In this document: piece by piece, positions 1-10,700 of the stretch
Numbering within the stretch: position 1 is the stretch's first letter
How the letters are laid out: each line of letters starts with the position of its first letter
Source of the DNA: Klebsormidium nitens
Lineage: Eukaryota; Plantae; Klebsormidiophyceae
Reading direction: 5' to 3'
Length of the DNA stretch: 53,926 bases
Assembly (NCBI GenBank): GCA_000708835.1
Contig: DF237543.1
Coordinates: forward strand, 1-53,926
The notes under the pieces: model-generated
What the model was told of the DNA's origin: nothing
What the model saw: only the letters and a program-made list of their open reading frames with translations
Database searches by the model: none
Made by a program: the position numbers and the translations under genes

Positions 1-1303
1 GCCGTCACGGCAACGAGGCCACACAGCGTGACAGCTGGACCATAAGTTCGTGAAATCAACATGTCAAAGCGGGGTCAAAGCCAGTACTGGCACGTTCAAT
101 GACTAGCGTAGAGGAACGTTCTTCATTCTCGGTCTTCCTCCCATTTCTTTTCCGCGCCGTTCCGCGCATGTCAAGTTGCACAATTGCACGTACCCGGGGG
201 ATCGTACCTGACGGTGTACGGGCAGGCTCTCAGGCGCCACTCCGGCGGCTGGGCAGATTGTCGTCTATCTTTTGTGTCTTTAATTTGGCCCCCGAGCATA
301 GGAGCACTCAGTGGCATGGCTCGGCTCGTCCAGTGTTATTTCCCCGTCTACTCGTCGTGAACGAGCTGAGCATCTTGACTCAAGTTAAACGGGCTGAGTA
401 TAAGTCCTGGCCCGTGTTTCTTCTCCAAAGCCCCTCCAACCATGCTCCGTGATCAACGCCTTCGCTCTTGGTTGGCTCTACTCCGGCCTCCTCCGGGCCT
501 GGGCCATGCCGCTTCAGCCGCTTTAAGGGCCAGGGCCACGTGCACGTTTTGGTTTGACATCAGGACATCAGCATCTTCTGTTCGGCCTCGGTCTCATGAT
601 CAGGTTGTAGCCCAGGACCAAGTTGAAGTATGTACAGTATTCCATCAGGCTCAATCGGCCTCCGATGATGACTCCTGCGGAGGGCCCGGGCGGCCGGCCC
701 TCCGCCGTCAGGAGCGGAGGGAGTTCCCCGGCCGCGGGCCGGACAAATCAGGCATGACAGGCATGCAGATCATGCAGCAGCAGTTGCTGCTTGCAATGAT
801 GCATGCATGCCGCATGCGGCGCATTGCTGGGCGCTCAGGTGATGTTGTCAGGCCCCAGGGGCCAGTGCATGGGGCTGTCTTTCTTGCCGCACAGCCCATC
901 AGACGTACCTACTTTCGATCAGACTCCCTATAAGTAGCTGTATACCGGTAGGGCAAGAAGCAACTTTGAAGGTAGGCGGATGCTTGTTATGACTAACATG
1001 AGGTATCCAGGAGCTTTGCAACGCCAAAGTCTCTCAAGCTAGAACAACGATCCGTTAGTTGAGATTTGAGCCCTGGGTCATGGATGCGTTTAATCTGATG
1101 GTCCCCCAGCGTGAGATGCTGTTGAAGTAAGGATCGTGCTCATGGAGCAGCTGTAGCTGCAGCTGCAGTAATGTTTCTCTGACGGGCGTCGCAGCCGACA
1201 CTTGGCGTCAAATCACAAGCAGCTCACCCTCAGCGAGCTTTTAAGAAGTTGGTCAGCACCGCTCAAATAGGAGCTGCCACCCTCCTGGGGTATCCAATAG
1301 AGA

Positions 1304-1465
1304 ATGGCAATCTCAGTCCTCCGCGGCACACATCGCCTCCGCTTCTCTCCTCCTTGGCTCGCGCGCTCGTCAGAGGCTTCTGCATTTTACAATCCTCAAG
1401 GGAGAGAATGCTATGGCATCCAGTCTCGGTTTCCAGAACTGGGACCAACTGTCACAGCTTTCAAG
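1304..1465 (+). CDS. Possible first coding exon of the epoxide hydrolase (Ser/Arg-rich, targeting-peptide-like)
   Basis: ATG at 1304 gives MAISVLRGTHRLRFSPPWLARSSEAS.... The exon at 2484 needs a phase-1 upstream partner and I could not identify a matching donor, so both the link and the end coordinate are tentative. Confidence 0.3.
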
Positions 1466-2483
1466 GCAGGGCACCTGCAATCTGAGCCATTAGATTTGCG
1501 CTCAAAAAGCGGGGTGGCTCAATGTGGGTTCGGTCTGAATAGAGGAAGGTTCTCCAGTACTTGTGTGGGACGCAGCCTCCACATCACTTGTCCTGGTGTG
1601 AGAAGAGCGAGCACGTCTGCAGCAGCAGAAGCAGGTGGGACGACAAATGCTGACAATCATCCAGGTCTTTCATGGATTACTTTTAGATAGTGCATGAACG
1701 ATGGGTGCTACCAGTCAGAAAAGGTTTGGAATGCTCTTGGAAAGTGCTCATAAGGACACCTGCAAAAGCTGGATTATCCAGCAGTCTTTAGAAATACTGT
1801 TGCAGAGTTTTCTTCTTCCACTCTTCTCCATTCTGGTTTCCTTGATCTGGTCAGATGTTGGTGGATAGAGAAAGGTACTGCAACATTTGGGTACATGGCA
1901 GAAGGTGACCATAAAAGATTCAAAGCAGATTATGGTGTTTTGAATGGAGAGCTGTGAGCTGTGCTCGACGATAGAGCAGCAAGTAAGAAGTAGTCCTTTT
2001 CTGGGAAGCGCCACACCACTGTGTTGATGGCTTGGAAAGGCAAATGAGGATTACTGGAAAGACTGCGTTCCTGTATTTAAACATTCCGGAAGCCCCCTTT
2101 GGTACTGGAGCTTTTGCGGGTCGGGAAGGTTCATACATGCAATGGCGTTCTGACAACAAGTTCTATCTGAAGTATTGGTGGCGTTTAATCCTAGAGTGGG
2201 CCTTGCCACCATCTCTTGCAACTAGCTCTGAACCTCATCTCCAGTTCCTCCCCAACCTCACAACGTATCATTTCTCAACTCTTTTCTGGTGGCCCCGATG
2301 AATTGGTGCCTCATAGGTGTACATTGATGGCGCAGAAAGAGTCCGCCCCATCAGCCAACCATCATTGCGCTCCGTGCTTTCCAATATAGAGAGGCTCTTT
2401 GCTTGAGGACCCCTTGAAGAGGGGACGCGCACAGATGCTCCGCCCTTTTGTACAAGGAGGCCGACTTGTGTTTCTCTTTTCAG

Positions 2484-5400
2484 GAACTTCACAGGGCCCA
2501 GATCCAGCCGATGGTTCTCTGGAAGACGTGGAAGGCGTCACTGTTAAGCATAGATTCGTGAGCAACGGGGGGCAGAGGTTACACTACGTTGAGGCGGGGG
2601 ATCCTGGCGGGCAGCTAGTGAGTTCACATATGAAAGCGCTTTACACTCGATCAAGGGGTGGCTTGTTGCTCTGCTCATGTATGCTGAGTAGGCTGTGCCT
2701 TTATCCACTTTGTTTCAATCCGAGCAAAACTTTGGCACTCGGACAATTAACAATCTCTGTTCAATTCTGTTGCCTTCTAAACAAGATCCATGGAGGAGCT
2801 TTTTTGGCAAGCCGTTTCTCTGCGCCAGCACTGGTGGTGAGTGTAGTACGGCTGTCACGTTGATACAGAACAGGCGTCTCCCTTCAAGTCAATGCTTCGG
2901 ATCACAATTGGTCGCTTTAATCCCAGCCTGACATGCCTGTCCCTATCAGTAAGGTGGAAATCAAGACCCGGAAAGGAGACTATATTCTGAAGCCGCAAGT
3001 GGTTTATTCTGGGATCTGAATAACATGGTCGAGGCCCAGCTTGTCACCCTTTTTAGACTTTGTTTAACACCAGTCTGTATGATACAACACGGAACCTCTC
3101 CCTTTTAAGGCATCGCGCGCAAAGCCGAGCACGTGTCCAGATGAAATTCAGACGGTACAACGTAAGTCTTCGCCTGAGCAACATGTCCCGTCACAACGAA
3201 GAAAGCGGCTGAAGCACGAACTCGTTCTCTGCACAGGCCGTTCTACTCCATGGCTGGCCTTCCTTCTGGTATTGCTGGGTCTACCAGCTCAAGCCCCTCG
3301 TAGAAGCGGGTTATCACGTCGTTATCCCGGACATGCGAGGGTGAGCAACCTGTTCTTCTCTCTCTTTCTTTTCTGTGTTCACAGAACCTAGATTGAATCT
3401 TAAGCCTGTTCAGACAAACTGCAGACTTGGCAATTGGGTGGGGGGCGACCGGGAACGGCAGCGCTGCCTTTCAGAATATGACGTCAAAGATCGAAGGCTC
3501 CAGGCTTCGTTTGTCGTCCTTAAATTGAACCCAGGTATTCGAACCTGTCCTGCCAAACTCAGCGATCCTCTGGCCAAAGTTCGCAAACTTTGCAATCCTT
3601 GTCTTCAGATCAGACGGTAGCCCTGTGATTGCGACCATCGCAAGAATCCCGCGATCTGCTGTTCATTTTACACTACTCAAAGTCTAAAATGAGAGCTTCG
3701 TTTCTGTCTCCATGATCGACCGGTTGACTAACGGTCGGATGCTCGTTACGAAGTTCATCGGATCCCTGCGGTTGAGAGTGCCTCAAGCACCGCCTTTGCT
3801 GCCAGTTTGTTTTGTCCATTTTGCAACCCGTTCAGAGTCATTTGCACGAGGCTACTAATGACCTAAATAAGTGCTTGTTGTGCGGACCCCTTTCTGTCGA
3901 AGCTTGAAGTTACACGCATATAGCGCAAGAGGGTTAAACTTGTATCCTTGAGTTCTTGTGGCCCAACGCAGCAGTCTGCTTAGAGGCGAATGATCTCAGG
4001 CCCACGTGCATCGGCAGGAGCAGACCCGCTTACCCACTTACTTGGTGAGCCTTTAAACCTGTTCTTGACAAGCTAATCCAATCCTCACCAAGGGCTGTTT
4101 CCAGGTATAACCTGTCGGACAAACCAAGCAACCTGGCGGATTCCGGACGGTAGCCAGCAGGACCAAATCTAGACCAGTGCCCCACTCAGTACATGGACAC
4201 TTCTCTTAAAGCCCGTGCAAATCAAAGCAAATCCGCTCCTTAATCTGGTTTTTGACAAGCTAAGCCAAGGCTGACCAACGTCCGTTTCCAGGTATAACCT
4301 GTCGGACCAACCACGGAACCTGGCGGACTTCGGCCGGGAGCCGTGCCTTTCGGACATCAAGCTGCTTATTGAGAAGAGCAGTGGGGGGCGACCTGCGAAC
4401 CTTGTGAGCCACGCTCCTTTCTGATTTGTCTTCTATCTGCTTTTGGTTTTTTCTTCTCTTCTTCTCTAATTTTGTTCCTGTGAAGCATGCCGACGTCTAG
4501 AGAGCCGCTGCCTTTGTCACCGAGCTTCTTCACTCCTTGCCCGTTTTCATATTTCATTATGGTCTTAGATGCAGCCAAGAGGCAAAGTTTGGCGGCTGAT
4601 CCGTGCGTGTGTATCATCTCATGTGTGCCGGTTCCTTTCGAAAGCCTGGGAGCCTACGTGTCGTTTGACTTCCGCAGCCGGTATGCATCTGATGAGTCTT
4701 GCAGAACAGGGGTCGGTGAGAACTGCGTCGACGACTTTGACTAGCACTGATTCGATAACAGTAGATGGAGTATTATCTTTTGGAGAAAGAGTAAGACCAG
4801 GAAAGGGAGAGACGCGCTACTTCGACGGGTGCTCGATTCCAGTCGTATTTGCTAACCAAATACTCACTTTTGCAGATAGCCCACGACTGGGGGGGTGCAA
4901 TCGCCTGGCATTTCGTGCGGAGCTACCCCCACCTCGTGTCGCGGCTCGTCACCCTCAACATTCCGGAAACGAGCACTTTCAATGACGCGTTGGAACACAA
5001 TAAGGAGCAACGCAAGAAGAGCTGGTACATCGGTAAGCGCCTGGCACAGGCTGAGCAGTGAGTCCCTTTCGAAACCAGGGCCGAACGGCGCCATCATTTT
5101 TTGTGCTGTCGCTGGCGAATTTGGGGCGAATTTGAAAATGTCGAAACCGCACCGCAGAAGTATGCGCCTCTGTTCTCACGACCGGAAAGATCTTGAGACC
5201 AGGAAATCGAGGAAGCAGATTCTGCTTTACTCCGAGCCAGGTCCTGATACCCATCAGGACCAGAAACTATGTTGCATTCAGCGAGGGGAGAAGGCTTGAC
5301 CGCAGCTGACGCACTCTGTTTGCACGTTCGCAGCGTTCTTCCAGATTCCGTTCCTCCCGGAGTGGCTCCTCAGCCGGAACAAGTGAGTGCCGCACTCTCC

Positions 5401-7799
5401 GCACAGTGACGTCACATGCTCGTAGATTCGTCAAATCATCGTAAACGCTGGCCCGTTGGAGAGAAGGGGCCCAGGTGCCTTCCGCTCTGAGCCTTCCGCT
5501 CTAAGCGTTCCGCTCTGGATGAGTTCCCCCGGCCGGTATTCGTGACGTGCTTACTCGTCAGCTCACCATGAGGCGTTGCAATGTCATTCTTGTGGGCTCC
5601 ATTCGGATCGTGTTCTCCTTTGTCTCCATCCCTTAACACCCCAACATTTGATACCGTCACCTGCGTTTGTTCGGCAAACCGGACTGCTTCGTCAACGAAA
5701 GAGTTGCTTCTTGGGTCACTGTTGGTACGACTTTGAGTCCGAAGCTCTCGTCCGATGTCGCAACTGTTGGTCTGCTAGTAGGCATGATGTTTGGGAGTTC
5801 ATCCCTGGACTTCTTTGCCCTTTCAAAGCTTATAGCCGACTGTGACTATACGCCGAGCGAATACATCATCCTTCTTAAGCTCCACTTCGGGAGAACACGT
5901 TTCGACTTCCTTTCAATCACGCGTCTTAGCTTTGCTTCAACCTGAGATACCAAGGGGCCTGATTTGCTGTTCCAGGTTCATCCTGCGCCCCCCACCCTTT
6001 TCTTGAACGCTGTTGCGCCCTGCTGACGTCACTGCTCACGCCTGCAGCTACAAGGGGCTCCAGATCGCATTGAAAGGCTCGAAACCACGGACGGAGGAGC
6101 TGCTAAGACGGTAAGCTGCAACAACGTCACGGCCGCTTAAGCCAGAGTTCCAACTCAATCCCGCCACCTCCGCAACAGCCACTGACATCCGGCCACAGAT
6201 GTCAAATTAAGTCGAACTTCAGAATAGACGGATCCAGGCCCGTACTATCGAACCTCAGGTTGACCGTGCGCAGAAAATGCGATGCCTTTCCTCAATTGAG
6301 CTTCTTGGCAGGAGCTTCCCCTGACTTTTACCGGCAGATCGTGACGATGTTGACGTTTTTGTGACGTCAGTATCCAACGGCACCCCAAAACGAACCTCTT
6401 ACTCTGCCGGCATGTCGCCGTTTCCAACCGAGCAGAGTCACATATTGTACTTGACTACTATCTGACGCTTTCGTGTCGAACGCTAAAGGGGTACTCCAAA
6501 ACTGGTCCTAGGTAGATCCTTCTGTATCTCACATACAGTGGCTGGTCTTTGCGACCTTGGCCCTTACATTCTTTCAGTCAGCCACGCTTGCGTTTTCTGC
6601 AGGCACGTCGACGCTATCTCTCGCCCAGGAGCCCTCACCGCGAGCTTCAACTATTGGGCTCCTGAACTCCTACTTCTCCCATTTTAACACCCTCTTCGTT
6701 ACAGACCTCAACAGTTACGCTCTTACCCAACCATTCTTATGTTTCCTCGCAGGCACGTCGACGCTTTTTCTCGCTTGGGAGCCCTCACCGCGAGCATCGA
6801 ATATCACCGGTCGGCCTGGCGCGGCCACTGGGCTCCTAAGTTCTCCCTTCTCTCGTCACAGAATTCCACGGTACGCGCTTATCCAATAACCAGGATATCT
6901 CCTCGCAGGCACGTCGACGCCTTCTCTCGCCCGGGAGCCCTCACAGCGAGCATCAACTACTACCGCGCGGGCGGGCGCGGCCACTGGGCACCCGCGGGGG
7001 ATCCCCCTGGGCGGGTGGAGCTTCCGGTGAAAGTCATATGGGGAGAGGATGATGTGGCGCTCGGGAAGGAACTGGCGGCGCCGCCGAAAGAGCTGGTGCC
7101 CAATCATGAGGTCGTTTTTCTCCCGGGGGTGAGGATAGCTTATTGATTTCTGAATTCAGCACGTATTGCACTTGGTTCTGTCCAGAAGCTTGTGTCGGGG
7201 GGCGGTCTTGATGTCACCTCTAGTTCTCGCAGCAAAATCGGTTGTTGTTAGTTTGGTACGGCGCTTTTCATTTTGAACCCGGTTCTAAGGACGGAATCGT
7301 CAATTCTACTGTCTCTTGTGTAGAGGCGGCGAAGCCGGTGCATCCGTGTTGCGACTTCTTCTTCTCATTTGGGACTCGGCACTTTGGGGTTCTGGTCTTC
7401 TTTCAACTTGGCCTTAATCAGGTCATTTCTCGAGAAGGCCTTAATCAAGACGGGCTACCAAACCAGGATTTACGCATTCTTTTCAGTAAGTTGAAGCGAA
7501 AGTCAAACTTATGCTTACGACGCTTGTCAGTTGGTCACGGTCGTCTGTCATCTGCGATTGGTCGTCGAACAAGTTGGAGGACTTTTACGTTCGTCTGGAC
7601 GCAACGGATTACTCGTGGCAAGTCGCCGAATATCATTTGTGAACCACATCCTACTGTGATGTCTGAAGGGCTCATCTATCAGAAAGTCTGCGAACACGGT
7701 TAGTATTGCACGGCGCAGGTTTCTCACTGGTGCATGTGGGACGATCCCGAGAGAGTGAGCGCGGAGATCCTAGACTTCCTGGCCAAGGATGTCTCTTAG
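2484..7799 (+). CDS. Epoxide hydrolase, alpha/beta-hydrolase fold (EPHX3/EPHX4 or bacterial EphA-like); 5' exon(s) unresolved
   Basis: Spliced exons 2484-2617, 3237-3340, 4292-4403, 4876-5032, 5334-5382, 6048-6110, 6909-7128, 7719-7799, all GT-AG and phase-consistent. Motifs: LHYVEAG, LLHGWPSFWYCW (HGxP), PDMRGYNLSD, AHDWGG (nucleophile Asp), SWYI and INYYR (lid Tyr), WGEDD (acid), SHW (catalytic His). Confidence 0.92.
4068..4153 (+). repeat. Degenerate intronic duplicate of the branch region, 3' splice site and start of epoxide hydrolase exon 4292
   Basis: TTTCCAG|GTATAACCTGTCGGACAAACC.. at 4105 versus the true TTTCCAG|GTATAACCTGTCGGACCAACC.. at 4292. Confidence 0.9.
6590..6990 (+). repeat. 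Triplicated 3' splice site and exon start (copies at 6603, 6753; functional copy at 6909)
   Basis: GCAG|GCACGTCGACGC...GGAGCCCTCAC.GCGAGC occurs three times at spacings of 150 and 156 bp. Confidence 0.93.
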
Positions 7800-10700
7800 C
7801 AGCCCTCTTTTACCAATCGTCCGACGCATGCATTAACAGATTACTTGTACATTCATTTGAGTTAATATTAGTCGACGCTTTTGGGACTATTTCTGCTGAT
7901 AGAGTTCAAAAAAATCGCATTACATGCAATTAACGAGCGCATTTGATCTTACCAAGCAAGGTCGGAGCGCCCGTCGGACAACCGTCGTTCTGATCCTGTT
8001 GGATCAAGCCGTTCCTTCAAAAACATTCAGGCACTTAATCACAGTCCCTTCTTGATCATGCCACCTTAATTGAATGTTACGCAATCATCTAAGGGCTTTA
8101 TCCCCTCCCCGTAAGTTGTCTAGTTGCTACCAGCCATGATCGTGAGTTCAAGGTGCATTCTCGCACATTTGCTGAGTGGACATAGCGCGGCGCGCACGTA
8201 CGTCACTGCATGAATCTGCATCAACCGGATCTAGCGCACCATGCTTTATATTGTAGGCATGGACACGGGTACGGTCTTGCCAACGCCTTCGTCAAGTTGA
8301 TAAAATGAAAGACCTGTCGACTACTAAGCTTTGGCGCTTAACACATGTTGCAGCCGACCTTACTGCAACTCTTTTCAGCCGGGCCTGCCCAAGCGAGGAC
8401 CTTGCGTATTCGACCAGATCTAGCTGTGCGATGACGAGGTGCCATGTGCATATGTGCATGTGCAATGCACAATATTTAGTCTAATAAGAGTACTTTGCAG
8501 TTGGCGCGTGCATGATCTCTTTCCCTAGAATTTGTCCGTGCATCCTGCCCTCCTGTCTCATGCCAGGTATACATCGCATGGATCTGAACGTTATAATTGG
8601 CATGCAAGGCGCCAGCTATAGCGGGTTTGAGACCTATGGAATCGAATTCGACCATTTCACTGCATTATATGCAACGTTCTGTAGGACCTAGTATAGTAGT
8701 GTGTCTTTGAGCAGGCCGCGCTCTGACGTAGTGACAGCTGGTACATGCGACTGGGGCCAGCCTGGTCGGACCACACGTGACAGTGCGCAGCCGCGCGGCC
8801 CGGGCCTGCCGGCGCGGCGCGTTCAACTTGAATGCAACGTTGACCGTTGAAATGCCCGGCGGCTACGGGCCGTCGGTTATCTACCGTTGGATGTTAATTC
8901 AACTTTTTAATGCGCGCGCAGCAACAGCCTACGTCAGGTTGGGTCCATCCGATGATTGCCTGCATGGTGCATTATGAGTACAGGTTTCTTGACGATACCT
9001 AGGACTAGTCTAACGATTGGTCTGCTGATGTCAGGCATTGACTCATCGGGGACTCATCGTTGGGTACCTGACGGAGGATGGTGCAGGATGGCCTCATCAT
9101 ACTTTGTGAAGCGTTTAAGACGCAGTCTTATGCACCAATAACCTGAATAACCCTCAAGCGAAATGTACGGAACTACCTTCTTGGAACTACATATGAAAGT
9201 AGCAAAGCTCTGCACAGTGCACACATGTCATACCGTAGGTACGTACCAGCTGGGCTCAGCTAGGGTCTCGCCACTTCGATTCTCACTCTTCATCAATATG
9301 TTGATATTGCGTTTCGGCTCAGCTACCTAGTATCTACCTATACTGTGTTCAGCTCTGGAGCCGGTACATGTGGGCTGTGGATGCGTTTGCAGTTGAGGCC
9401 TGACAGGTGAATCTCTTGTGAATCTATCGCGCCAGGATATGCTGGAAAGTGAAGCCTAGCTAATCATGGCGGCTGCCTTGCGACGCAAGAAAATCGGACT
9501 CGCAGAAGTGCAGCCTCAGTGGTTCGTTTCCGATATGGGATCATACCTATGGCGCTGCGGGGCCTAGTCTGGCACTTGCCGCCCCCAATAGTACCGGTAT
9601 ATGATGTGGTGGTTGAAACGCACGCGGCACTTGTCAATGATGCACGCTGGCATACGGTAGACTCCGGGTTCGACTTGTCGGTCGGACCCCACTTCTGCGA
9701 GTCTCAGTCTTTGTGCAGGAAGCCTAGGTAGGTAGTCCAAGCATAAGCGTTACCTGCTCACGGATCCAGTGTCAGAAGGCTGTCAGGAGACTGCTTGTTG
9801 GCTCAGATGATGTACATTGAAGCTTTTGGAAGCTGCCGACATCTTAGGCGAATCCTAACGGCGTCAAATCGTACAGCTGGCAGTTCTGATTATTGTTGTC
9901 GGCCGGATTGTACGGAACTCTCATCTGTCAGCCTGGCTGACTGAATGGTAAATGCTGATGCTGCTGAACACTCGGAAGGAAGCACGTATGACCAGGAAAG
10001 ATGAGTGACTCAACGCAGGGTGCGTCGCTTGCCAATTGTCATGAGCGCCGAAAAGTGTAAGAGTGAAGAGCAATGGAACGGGACGGTGAGAGATAAGGAA
10101 GTTGATTGCAAGCTGCAATCATTACACCGCACTGTCAATTCAGTCTCTTCTTCAATTTCTCCAAGCTTCTTGCCGAGTCACTGATCAGTCAATCGAAAGG
10201 GATCTCTAGTACCATGATCCGGTTACAAGTGCGCCGCGCGGCATGCAGGAGACGAAGTCGGACTTTATCAAGCGAGGCAAGGGTCACCCTCTAGCGCCAC
10301 ATTCAAGTTGGTCAGAAGTCGAAGGTGGACAGGCTGAAGGAGAGAATGCTTTGGCCCAATCCTCTCTGGATGAGCCTGATAGATACACTGAGCATAAATT
10401 TTGGGCGTTGCACTTAGCTGCATACTTGTCTGTGCCAGCTTAGCGACAAAATTAGTGGTGCATAAAATATCCCTGGTTCTGAACCGGCAGACTTGTTGTC
10501 CCGTGCCAAAAGGACTTTTGGTACGAGATTCCACGACTCTGCGCAAGAGAAGTCCAATAGCTTAGAACAACCGGTTGCCAGATCGGCCCCTCGACACAAT
10601 TTCTGAAGTTGAAGACACATTGCTGTGCCAATGAGGCTGGAGATTCACACTTCTTTCACGCTCAATTGTTTTGGGCAATCTTTCCTTGAGTTGCGTCAGG

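Noticed and set aside
677-705. GC hairpin GCGGAGGGCC/GGCCCTCCGC, and a similar one at about 8790-8820, as possible Helitron 3' ends
   Set aside because: No CTRR terminus follows at the expected distance and no matching 5' TC end was identified.
3395-3490. Possible older echo of epoxide hydrolase exon 4292 (identical 13-mer GTGGGGGGCGACC plus TGCCTTTC)
   Set aside because: The matching blocks are short and in scrambled order, so chance cannot be excluded.
9497-9703. 14-bp inverted repeat GACTCGCAGAAGTG as a possible MITE
   Set aside because: It is short, with no TSD or subterminal structure; noted only within the intergenic-tract finding.
10480-10560. RLVVP...FHDS, resembling a Ty3/Gypsy integrase H2C2 region
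   Set aside because: It needs a frameshift, and the following GHxG and CxxC residues are absent. Too weak to call.
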